Source: Candidatus Omnitrophota bacterium (GTDB taxonomy: Bacteria > Omnitrophota > Gorgyraeia > JAZDFF01). From it: DNA of 64,000 nucleotides. Position 1 is the stretch's first letter. Every line of letters begins with the position of its first letter. The stretch is from contig JAZDFF010000031.1 of the NCBI GenBank assembly GCA_043808095.1, positions 101,073-165,072 on the forward strand, read 5' to 3'. The notes beneath the pieces were generated by a model. The model was not told where the DNA came from. It was given only the letters and a program-made list of their open reading frames with translations, and made no database searches. Of the stretch, positions 19,336 to 27,153 are shown piece by piece. The position numbers were made by a program, and so were the translations under genes.

Positions 19336-19623
19336 ATGTTTAACCACCAGGCACGTTGGGATAGGCCCATGCCTTATGACCAGGCGGGTTCTTTAAATGA
19401 GAAGATCTGCGTATTGGCGCTATTTAAGAATGGAAAAATTTATCCTAAGGTTTTTTATTGGAAAAGTAAACCATATCGGATAAAAAATATAACTTATAGC
19501 TGGCAGGTAAGACTAGGGGAAGATATTGTTAGTTACTTTTCCGTAGATGCTGAAAGCGGATTATATGAAATATCCTTTAGCAGCAGGAATTTTTCCTGGG
19601 GGTTAAATAAAATAAATTTGTAA
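19336..19623 (+). CDS. Small beta-rich protein, DUF6504-like
   Basis: P..FYW....YRI..I...W pattern; follows lexA by 7 nt. Confidence 0.6.
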   Translation: MFNHQARWDRPMPYDQAGSLNEKICVLALFKNGKIYPKVFYWKSKPYRIKNITYSWQVRLGEDIVSYFSVDAESGLYEISFSSRNFSWGLNKINL

Positions 19624-19685
19624 AAATATTAATTTGAGTTATAATAATTTATAAAAGAAATGAATAATTAAAGGGAGGGCTTTTT

Positions 19686-20531
19686 ATGGACTTCTTAAAA
19701 GCAATCGGAAAACCTGACGCAATGTTTATTTTATATAGCGTCCTTATTATACCGGGGTTTCTCATCATCATAGGTTTATTGATCTCGGTTTTTAGACAAC
19801 AGGCTAAGTTAACAAAGGATAATATTGCAGATTTAGAAAGGTTAAATAAAAATAACCAGGATCTTCTAAATGAAAAACAGAGATACGAGGCCAGGATTAA
19901 AGAGTTTCAGAATAATCTAAACAAGTCTGCGACAGAGGCCAAAGAAAATGAAAGGATAGCCAATAATCTAAATGATAACTACCAAAAGCTAAAATCTGAA
20001 TTTAGTCAGCTGAAGATTGATTTAGAAAAGAGCCAAAAAACTAACACCGAGGAATTCAAGGCAAGGCAGGAATTGCAGAGGACAAAAGAAATTCTCGAAA
20101 AACAAATCCAGGAATTACAGGGTAAATGCCAAGCCAGGCAAGATGAATTAGATAATCTGGCCAAAGAATTATCCCTGGAGAAGGCAGAGTCTAAGAAACT
20201 AAGAGAAAGAAACCAGCAATTAGAGGCTCAGTCTAAGGTTAAAGAAGTCATCCCTGAAAAAAAGATTGAGCCTCCGCCAAAACCGCAGGAAGAGCCCCCT
20301 AAAGAAGCAATAAAACCTCCCGCGCCTAAAATGCCTGAGGAGGTAATTGAAAAAAAGGAGCCTCCTAAAGAAGCTATAACCCCGCCAGCACCGCAGGTCC
20401 CCAAAGAAAAACCTGTTGATAAAGAAACTTCGCCTGGCAAGCCTTCCAAAATACCCGAGGGCAAAACCATGGAAGAGATAGCCAGAGAATTATCCGCAAA
20501 AGAGCACGATAAAGAGAAAGACAATAAATAA
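19686..20531 (+). CDS. Membrane-anchored coiled-coil protein with Pro-rich tail
   Basis: TM helix, heptads, duplicated EPPKEAI.PPAP. Confidence 0.75.
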   Translation: MDFLKAIGKPDAMFILYSVLIIPGFLIIIGLLISVFRQQAKLTKDNIADLERLNKNNQDLLNEKQRYEARIKEFQNNLNKSATEAKENERIANNLNDNYQKLKSEFSQLKIDLEKSQKTNTEEFKARQELQRTKEILEKQIQELQGKCQARQDELDNLAKELSLEKAESKKLRERNQQLEAQSKVKEVIPEKKIEPPPKPQEEPPKEAIKPPAPKMPEEVIEKKEPPKEAITPPAPQVPKEKPVDKETSPGKPSKIPEGKTMEEIARELSAKEHDKEKDNK

Positions 20532-20542
20532 GCACCTGACTC

Positions 20543-20896
20543 ATGGAGAAAAAAATAGCAGTACTTATTGTAGATGATGAGAAAGATATCTGTAATAGTT
20601 TCAAAAATTACCTGGAAAAAAGAGAAATTATTGTAGATATTGCCCTTGATGGGGACAGGGCCAAGGACTTAATAACTACAAAGACCTACGACTATATCTT
20701 TTTTGATTTTAACCTTCCCGGCATACCCGGTATAGAACTTCCTGGCATCATCAAAACGCACAATCCTAATGCTAAAAAATTCATGATTACCGGCTATGAC
20801 CTGGTGACGGATAAATTTCCCCAGTACTTAGAGCTCGATGGCATGTTCAGAAAGCCGTTAAGCCTTGAAGATCTGTACAAGGTGATAGAAAAATAG
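20543..20896 (+). CDS. Single-domain response regulator
   Basis: VLIVDDE, FFDFNLPG, ITGY, RKP. Confidence 0.9.
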   Translation: MEKKIAVLIVDDEKDICNSFKNYLEKREIIVDIALDGDRAKDLITTKTYDYIFFDFNLPGIPGIELPGIIKTHNPNAKKFMITGYDLVTDKFPQYLELDGMFRKPLSLEDLYKVIEK

Positions 20897-20903
20897 ATTA
20901 GAT

Positions 20904-20935
20904 AATAAGGGCCCTTTTGAGACCCTTATTTTTTT
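20904..20935 (+). terminator. Intrinsic terminator
   Basis: AATAAGGG..CCCTTATT hairpin followed by T run. Confidence 0.7.
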
Positions 20936-20944
20936 ATCTTTCTA

Positions 20945-20962
20945 ACCACACAAATGTGTGGT
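20945..20962. promoter_or_regulatory. Candidate LexA operator upstream of dinB
   Basis: ACCACACA-AA-TGTGTGGT perfect palindrome, 17/18 identical to the lexA site. Confidence 0.8.
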
Positions 20963-20989
20963 ACTAATCCCAAAAGAAAAAACGCCAAA

Positions 20990-22150
20990 ATGATAATGCA
21001 TATTGATATGGATGCCTTCTTTGCCTCTGTTGAACAGGCAGTCAACCCTAGATTAAAGGGCAGGCCCCTGATAGTAGGGGCCCGTCAGAATAAAAACTAT
21101 ACTGTTGTCTGTGCGGCGAGTTATGAAGCCAAGGCCTATGGTGTTGACTCCGGCATGCCCACAAAAGAGGCCTTCAGGCTATGCCCGCAGGCGCTATTTA
21201 TAGCCGCAGATACCCATAAATACATATATACCTCAGAGCGCATTCTTAGGTTTTTAGAGGACTACGGATTAGCCCTAGAATACGCCTCCGTGGATGAGTT
21301 TAGGATGGATCTTGAGGGCATTGATCAGGCCAGACAAAAGGCCCTGGCCCATGAGATTAAAGAAAGGATAAAAGAGGGCTTTTGGGGGATTACCTGCAGC
21401 ATAGGCATAGCTAAAAACTGTCTCCTGGCAAAGCTGGCCTCTAAGGTCAATAAGCCAAACGGCCTGTCAATTTTAACCGAAGAAAACCTGGCTGATGTCC
21501 TGGTAAATTTACCGGCAGGAAAACTCTGCGGGGTTGGGCCAAGGACCCGGGAAATCTTAGCCTACTTAGGGATAAATACCTGCCTGGATTTATGGCATAC
21601 CCCGGAAGAGATTTTAACCCGTTATCTAGGACAGGCAGGCCTCGATCTTTATACCAATTTACATCGCTTAGAAACCCTGGGGTTTAGCCGGGAAAAATTA
21701 CCGCCAAAATCCATAGGGCATTCCTATACTTTACTAAGAGCAATCCAGGATCCTGAACAAATAAATAGTTGGTTAAGGATTTTGGCGGAAATGGTGGCAT
21801 TTCGCTTAAGAGAGGCTGATTTAGAGGCCAAAACTACCTGTATCTGGCTAAACCTAGTTGATAAAAAGGCCATTTTTAATAGCCAAAAGACCTATAATTT
21901 AGCCACCAATGATGGCTATGAAGTCTGGCTAAGGACCCGGCAAATAATGGCTAAAATCAGGCATCCTAGGCCTAAAATCAGGGCATTGGGAGTGACTTGC
22001 TCAGGCCTAAATACCCCCCAAATAAAGCCCCTTTTTAAGGAGATGCAGAATAGGGAGGACCTGCTTAAAAGCACAGATTTAATTAATAGAAAATATGGGC
22101 AGTGGTCCATTTATCCTGCCAGCCTACAGACTACCAGAAAACACCTGTAA
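20990..22150 (+). CDS. dinB: DNA polymerase IV (Y family)
   Basis: HIDMDAFFASVE, AASYEAK, SVDE, AKLAS; start moved to 20990. Confidence 0.92.
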   Translation: MIMHIDMDAFFASVEQAVNPRLKGRPLIVGARQNKNYTVVCAASYEAKAYGVDSGMPTKEAFRLCPQALFIAADTHKYIYTSERILRFLEDYGLALEYASVDEFRMDLEGIDQARQKALAHEIKERIKEGFWGITCSIGIAKNCLLAKLASKVNKPNGLSILTEENLADVLVNLPAGKLCGVGPRTREILAYLGINTCLDLWHTPEEILTRYLGQAGLDLYTNLHRLETLGFSREKLPPKSIGHSYTLLRAIQDPEQINSWLRILAEMVAFRLREADLEAKTTCIWLNLVDKKAIFNSQKTYNLATNDGYEVWLRTRQIMAKIRHPRPKIRALGVTCSGLNTPQIKPLFKEMQNREDLLKSTDLINRKYGQWSIYPASLQTTRKHL

Positions 22151-22285
22151 TTCCTGCCTAAAATAAGCCCAAGAGAATAAAAGTAAGTCCAAGTAAGCAC
22201 TAACCGGGTTTTCCACAGCTTATTATTGAATTTACCTAATTACTTATAAAACAAAGGGTTATTCAGGATATCTTAAATATACTGA

Positions 22286-22313
22286 AGTTAACATAAGATA
22301 TATTATAGGAAGT
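22286..22313 (-). other. dif: dif-like XerCD recombination site
   Basis: ACTTCCTATAA-TATATC-TTATGTTAACT, close to B. subtilis dif ACTTCCTAGAA-TATATA-TTATGTAAACT; gene strand switches here. Confidence 0.85.
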
Positions 22314-22403
22314 AAGCATATATTCAAATTCAACCTATTTTGGGTTTATAAAGACTAATTAATTGCGGATTATTCGAGAAATCTACGAGAAAGTTTGGTC
22401 AAT

Positions 22404-22742
22404 TTAACCTTGTTTGATTGGAGATTTTGATGGATTTTGGCGGGAATTCAATATGTATTGGCCTCCCTGAATCTTTATTATTTTACCTGTCACTAGGGCC
22501 TCTGCTGTCAGGCTACGCGCCCTTTTAAGGATCCGGCTGAAGGTCTGCTGTGAGACACCCATTGACTTAGCCGCCTCTTTCTGTTTCTGGCCTAAAAAAT
22601 CAGCCAATCTTAAGGTCTCAAACTCGTCAATTTTAAGCTCAATTTCATCAGGCCTTCCGGGCTTTCCTCTGGGGCTAAAAAGGCTAATTTTGGGGCTGTT
22701 TTTTACTAGTCTATATTTTGTAGGCCGCCCGCGAGGTCGCAT
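22404..22742 (-). CDS. DUF134 HTH DNA-binding protein
   Basis: RPTKYR, EFETLRLAD, MGVSQQTF, IKIQGG. Confidence 0.85.
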   Translation of the reverse strand: MRPRGRPTKYRLVKNSPKISLFSPRGKPGRPDEIELKIDEFETLRLADFLGQKQKEAAKSMGVSQQTFSRILKRARSLTAEALVTGKIIKIQGGQYILNSRQNPSKSPIKQG

Positions 22743-22786
22743 TTAGTAGAAAAAATTTGGTTAGGTACTTAATTAAACCCCGTATT

Positions 22787-22833
22787 TATTATGAGTGTAT
22801 ACTCATAATAATCTATACTTTAATCCAAGTCAA
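22787..22833 (-). promoter_or_regulatory. DUF134 promoter with overlapping 24-bp palindrome
   Basis: TTGACT-17-TATTAT on - strand; TATTATGAGT-GTAT-ACTCATAATA at 22787-22810. Confidence 0.7.
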
Positions 22834-23194
22834 AATCAGACATCTGGAGTCTTTTCCTCAACTTCTTTTTTTCGGAATGGTGTTTCTTTTCTTCAAAGAT
22901 ATGCTCGCGGATAGCCACTGGCTTAGCTGTGGAAACCCTTTTCTTTGGCCTCTTGTTTAACTGTTTAAGTTTGATTATTAACCTGCGAAAAGCCAGGTCC
23001 AGGTTTTGAGTCTGGAGCCGCATTTCAGTGGCTACAACGGTGAGACCTGAGGGTATATGGTGAAGCCTGACTGCGGTCTCTCTCTTATTCTTGCGCTGGC
23101 CTCCAGGGCCAGAGCTCTTGTAAAAGATGACCTTGGTCTCTTTTTCCAGGCTTTTAAGGTCAGTTTTAAAGATTGGACTAACACCCTGTTTCAT
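22820..23194 (-). CDS. GGQ peptidyl-tRNA hydrolase (ArfB-like release factor homolog)
   Basis: SSGPGGQRKNK, basic C-terminal tail. Confidence 0.82.
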   Translation of the reverse strand: MKQGVSPIFKTDLKSLEKETKVIFYKSSGPGGQRKNKRETAVRLHHIPSGLTVVATEMRLQTQNLDLAFRRLIIKLKQLNKRPKKRVSTAKPVAIREHIFEEKKHHSEKKKLRKRLQMSDFDLD

Positions 23195-23209
23195 AGGTTA
23201 ATTAAGGGC

Positions 23210-23608
23210 CTATTCCAGGGCCTTAATAATGCTGTCGTTATTGTCAGATTTTAAGATAATCGGACAGGCGCAAGGACCTGTGCAGGCAGTGCCGTAGCAA
23301 TAGCTGAGATTGGCGTTTTGGGTTTTGAGTTTATTAGAAATGTTAGCTAAGACCCCTGGCCTATTTTCAATCTCAACCAAAACTACCTCCTCTTCTTTTA
23401 TCGGCCATCCTTTAGCTTGAAGCGCTTGTTTTGCCTTATCATTATCCTGGGTAACTAGGTAAAATATCGCCTCTCCTTTCATCACATAGGCACAAATAGC
23501 CTCAATATTGACTCCCTGGACCGCCAAGACCCCGGTTACTTCTGCCAGCATCCCGGGTTTATCCGGGGTAGTTAAGATTAATTGCCTTAGCTTCTTTACA
23601 TTAGACAT
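23210..23608 (-). CDS. Tandem ACT domain protein
   Basis: DKPGMLA and NRPGVLA; RBS GGAGG before ATG 23608. Confidence 0.85.
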   Translation of the reverse strand: MSNVKKLRQLILTTPDKPGMLAEVTGVLAVQGVNIEAICAYVMKGEAIFYLVTQDNDKAKQALQAKGWPIKEEEVVLVEIENRPGVLANISNKLKTQNANLSYCYGTACTGPCACPIILKSDNNDSIIKALE

Positions 23609-23626
23609 AAGCCCTCCTTTTAATGA

Positions 23627-23980
23627 CCCCTGCCGTTTTGCTGCGCTTTTGCTCAGCAAAACGAAGCAGCAGGGGGAATTAATCCCGAAGCTTAATCCTA
23701 AAGGATAGACCTTACCCATACCTATTAGGGAAGGGTCTAACCAAAAATTATCGAACCCTCTGGAATTTCACTTCGTGAAATTCCAGAGGACTAAAGTCCC
23801 GGGAATTCTCTGAATTCCTCGGGGGAGAATTTTTGCAAGTTTTAAGCGAGGGATCTTTTAATTAGCACGTAACTTACGTTTGCCTCACCGGCCCTTAGGA
23901 ATTTTACATTGTAAAATTCCAAGGACTGAGTCCCGGAAATTCTCCGAATTTCTCGGAGCAGGTAGGTTCGCTAAGTTGCG
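23627..23980. repeat. Cluster of nested palindromic elements with two three-hairpin cores
   Basis: 23676-23855 matches 35911-36044; 23888-23966 matches 1321-1405. Confidence 0.9.
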
Positions 23981-24057
23981 GTTTCATTTATTCTATCACT
24001 TTAATGAATATATTCAAGAAAGAGTTGATAATTTTTTCTGATTGGGCTTTTCGTATC

Positions 24058-25686
24058 TTACGATTCGGTTTGCAGAATATTGATTAAAGCGGGGATAATA
24101 GCAGGGTCAAATTGTTTTCCGGAGTTTAGTTTAAGTTCCTCAATGGCTTCCCCAAGAGTAAGTTTCCTTATTCTATATGGCCGCTCAGAGGTCATGGCAT
24201 CAAAGGCATCGGCACAGGAGACAATTCTTGCGCATAGAGGTATTTCTGCTTTCTTTAGCCTATCCGGATAACCATTTCCGTCGAATCTCTCATGGTGATG
24301 TTTTACCAAGGGCAGACACGGCTCCAGGAATTTTAGGGGCTCAAGCATCTCTGCGCCTTTTAAAGGATGAAGTTCAATAATTGCCCTTTCGGCTAAAGTT
24401 AATCTGCCGGGTTTATTTAAGATTAAATCAGAGATACCGATTTTACCTACGTCGTGTACTCTGCCGCCAAACTGTAAGACATCAATCTGCTCTTGCGGTA
24501 TCCTTAACTTCGTGGCAATCTTAATGGCATATTGAGTAACCCTTTCGGAATGGCCCCTGTTATAAGGGTCTCTTGCTTCCATGGCTAGGACCAGGGAATG
24601 TATAGTGTTAAAATAATTAATGTGGACATCGCGGTATAGCTGTGCCTCATGGATAGCTACTGCTGCCTGATTAGCAAATGTCATAATCAGCTTTATCTCG
24701 TTTTCATTGAAATGACGCGGCGTCTTAGAATATACCGTGATGACCCCCAGGACATCTTCTTTAAATATGGTAGGCACGGATAGGGCCGAAACTACCCCAA
24801 CTTTACTGGCAAATCCTCCATATCTTGTCCTTGAATCTTTAGTAACATCAAAGACCGAAAGAGGTTTACCAAGCTGGGCAACTTTGCCTGCTATCCCTTC
24901 GCCGACCTTAAGCGGAGTCTCATTCAGATAATTTTTTCCTAAACCAGTGCTATATTCAGGAATGAGGTTCTTGCCATCAATGCTGATGAGTCGTAAAGCA
25001 CAGGCGTCGGCATTCATAATCTTAGCAGTCAGTTTGACTATTAAACACAGGGTATTTTTTAAATTTGAACAGGAGCTAATGTTCTGGCTAATTTTGGCCA
25101 CATCATCTAATTCCCGTTTTGCAAATCCAAATTCTTTGTAAAGATTTTTACACCTTTCCTCTAATCGAGAATTGAGCTTTTTTACATTTGTAGATATTCT
25201 CTTAAGATCATTTATATCGACCTGGAGTATTCTATTGGCTCTGAGGAGGTTAGAGCACATATTCTTTAATTTATTAATAAGCCTGATCCTTCGGGATTCT
25301 TCTGATTTACTTTCGGTAATATCCTGGACTAATTCCAGTGCCTGGCTAACCTTGCCGCCACCGTTTTTGACTGGTACAACCGTAAGAAGATAAGTCCTCT
25401 TCTCATTCTTGGTAGTGAACCCTGGCTGGATTGCCCTTTGCATCTTCCCGGTTTCAAAAACCTTTTTAGTAGGGCATCTTGGGCAGACCTTTTTTCTTTT
25501 TTGATAGACCTCGTAACAGTGACAACCTATTGTTTTTCCGTTTCCGCCAAACCAATCTGTCTGACAAGAATTGGCCCAGACAATACGCATCTTCCGGTCA
25601 ACCAAAGACAAGCCGGCGCCGATAACATTAACCAGTCCGTTAATTACCTTCTTTGAAGGTGTTTTTATTTTTTTTGAGTCCGGCAT
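24058..25686 (-). CDS. PAS-coiled coil-GAF-HD-GYP phosphodiesterase
   Basis: CHCYEV..CPRCP PAS, GAF, HSERV, HDVGK, HHERFDGNGYP. Confidence 0.9.
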   Translation of the reverse strand: MPDSKKIKTPSKKVINGLVNVIGAGLSLVDRKMRIVWANSCQTDWFGGNGKTIGCHCYEVYQKRKKVCPRCPTKKVFETGKMQRAIQPGFTTKNEKRTYLLTVVPVKNGGGKVSQALELVQDITESKSEESRRIRLINKLKNMCSNLLRANRILQVDINDLKRISTNVKKLNSRLEERCKNLYKEFGFAKRELDDVAKISQNISSCSNLKNTLCLIVKLTAKIMNADACALRLISIDGKNLIPEYSTGLGKNYLNETPLKVGEGIAGKVAQLGKPLSVFDVTKDSRTRYGGFASKVGVVSALSVPTIFKEDVLGVITVYSKTPRHFNENEIKLIMTFANQAAVAIHEAQLYRDVHINYFNTIHSLVLAMEARDPYNRGHSERVTQYAIKIATKLRIPQEQIDVLQFGGRVHDVGKIGISDLILNKPGRLTLAERAIIELHPLKGAEMLEPLKFLEPCLPLVKHHHERFDGNGYPDRLKKAEIPLCARIVSCADAFDAMTSERPYRIRKLTLGEAIEELKLNSGKQFDPAIIPALINILQTES

Positions 25687-25699
25687 TGGGCTCCTCTAA

Positions 25700-25730
25700 A
25701 CCCCATTAGATATTTGCTATCTAACGGGGT
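25700..25730. repeat. ACCCCATTAGA..TCTAACGGGGT mini-palindrome
   Basis: Same termini as the in-frame insert in glyQS (40115-40166). Confidence 0.85.
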
Positions 25731-25733
25731 AAA

Positions 25734-25761
25734 TAAAAATGCCAAGTTTAACAACTTGGCA
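25734..25761 (-). terminator. Intrinsic terminator in the HD-GYP leader
   Basis: TGCCAAGTT-GTTA-AACTTGGCA-TTTTT on - strand. Confidence 0.65.
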
Positions 25762-26002
25762 ATAGGTCACGAATAAAATTAGGCCCGTACTCATGATGGT
25801 CACGTCCTTTTTTTCTTCTGACCCGTGGCTTACTATCCTCTATTACTATAAATATAACCTATAATATGATTGTTTGTCAATCTAAAAGGTAAAATTTTTT
25901 AATTTTTTGCATTTAAGTTATTTAAAATCAGGCAGATAGGCAAAGGATTTGCGTTAAAAGGCTGGATTGATATAACTTATTATCTTGGAAAGAGTTAGAA
26001 GA

Positions 26003-26314
26003 TTAGGCCTTAAAAAACTGTTTAGCCTTGAGGCGGTCTTGGCAGAGTTTGAAGTCCTTTAGTTCGATAAAGGTGACTTGGGGGTTATGTTCAAGAATTT
26101 TTTTTAAAACAAATACTGGCAGGCCATCTTGTCTACGACTGGCAACATACTTAAAATCAGTCCTACAGTTTGGGCAGAATGAACTCTTTAAAAACTCAAT
26201 GCCTATTTGACGGCATTTATTACAATCTCCGGTTAGATCCCCGATAATTAACAAGTGGTTGGCAATTTCCTCTAAATCCAGATTTTGCCAGGTGCGGATA
26301 TAGGCTGTATGCAT
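26003..26314 (-). CDS. Hypothetical Zn-binding protein
   Basis: CNKC..CPNC. Confidence 0.7.
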   Translation of the reverse strand: MHTAYIRTWQNLDLEEIANHLLIIGDLTGDCNKCRQIGIEFLKSSFCPNCRTDFKYVASRRQDGLPVFVLKKILEHNPQVTFIELKDFKLCQDRLKAKQFFKA

Positions 26315-26410
26315 AAATTAAATAAATGCATGATTCCAGTGATTAAAATATAGATTCCAGAGATTATTTATCTCGGATGAATCACTATAATCAAGGTAAC
26401 CATTATTTTA

Positions 26411-26654
26411 TCCGCCTTCGCGCAGCCGCCTTTGGCGAGCCTCGCCTTTGGCGGGAAAACCCCAGGTGTGAACCTGGGGATGAATGCGTGCAATTAGCGC
26501 TACGGCGAGATGTCGCCATTACGTGTTGAAGGCCCGCGGCTTCGCCGCGAGGCGAGCGGACCTCGACGAAGCGAAGCGTAGGCGGGTTTTTCAGGTACCA
26601 CGGCTGCTCGCCTCGCTCGACGCGAGTCGAAGCGGGTAAAGCCGTGGGGCTCCA
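26411..26654. mobile_element. Nested GC-rich palindromic element with IS200/IS605-like ends
   Basis: CCGCCTTCGC..GAAAA-hairpin-GATGAATGCGT left end; hairpin-GGGCTCCA right end. Confidence 0.75.
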
Positions 26655-26663
26655 TTTACGTTG

Positions 26664-27062
26664 CTATACCTTATATACCAGGTCCCTTCTTCTAACCCTT
26701 GAATTTACTAAAAGACCGATTTCATCGCCTTTCTTGGCTTTTTGGATTGGTGCTCGGTTTATCTGCAAGGAGGTAACCGTCTGTTTAAAATCTGTAGTAT
26801 GGCCTTTGATATGCAGGGTATCACCCAGGCCAATCGTTCCTTTAGTAACCTTAATCACGCCGGCCTTTACTTGCGGAAAGTAATGTATTATCTTGCCCAC
26901 TAAGTCCTCGCCAGGTATAGCCAAGCTCGTCTTTTTTATTTGTCTGGCAACCTTCTTCCTGGCCTTAGGTCTAGTCCTTTTAGAGGGACGCTTGGTCTTT
27001 TTAAGTATCCTCTTTTTGACCGCCTTCTTTTTGACTCTTTTTTTAACCTTCTTCTTTCTCAT
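26664..27062 (-). CDS. EF-Tu domain-II-like beta-barrel protein with Lys/Arg-rich N-tail
   Basis: VGKIIHYF..V.AG, GHTTDF.Q.V.SLQI, GDEIG. Confidence 0.75.
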   Translation of the reverse strand: MRKKKVKKRVKKKAVKKRILKKTKRPSKRTRPKARKKVARQIKKTSLAIPGEDLVGKIIHYFPQVKAGVIKVTKGTIGLGDTLHIKGHTTDFKQTVTSLQINRAPIQKAKKGDEIGLLVNSRVRRRDLVYKV

Positions 27063-27153
27063 CTGCCCATCCCTCCCAGAGATTAATTCTTATAGGGCGT
27101 CACAAAAGTGTCGCCCTTGGCTGGAACGTGTTTTGTGACAGCCTAATTAATTC

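Noticed and set aside
20954-20989. dinB start at 20954
   Set aside because: That ATG lies inside the operator palindrome; the conserved fold starts at 20990
22209-22260. DnaA-box-like TTTTCCACA and IHF-like AACAAAGGGTTA near dif
   Set aside because: Single degenerate matches in AT-rich DNA; genes converge here, so not an origin
18660-22313. Xer-integrated mobile island ending at dif
   Set aside because: No second dif-like site, integrase or phage gene found
23609-23719. N-terminal extension of the ACT protein
   Set aside because: Repeat-derived; RBS GGAGG precedes ATG 23608
25760-25845. Canonical c-di-GMP-I riboswitch call
   Set aside because: The GGCAAA/GAAA P2 features are absent; kept only as an unknown leader
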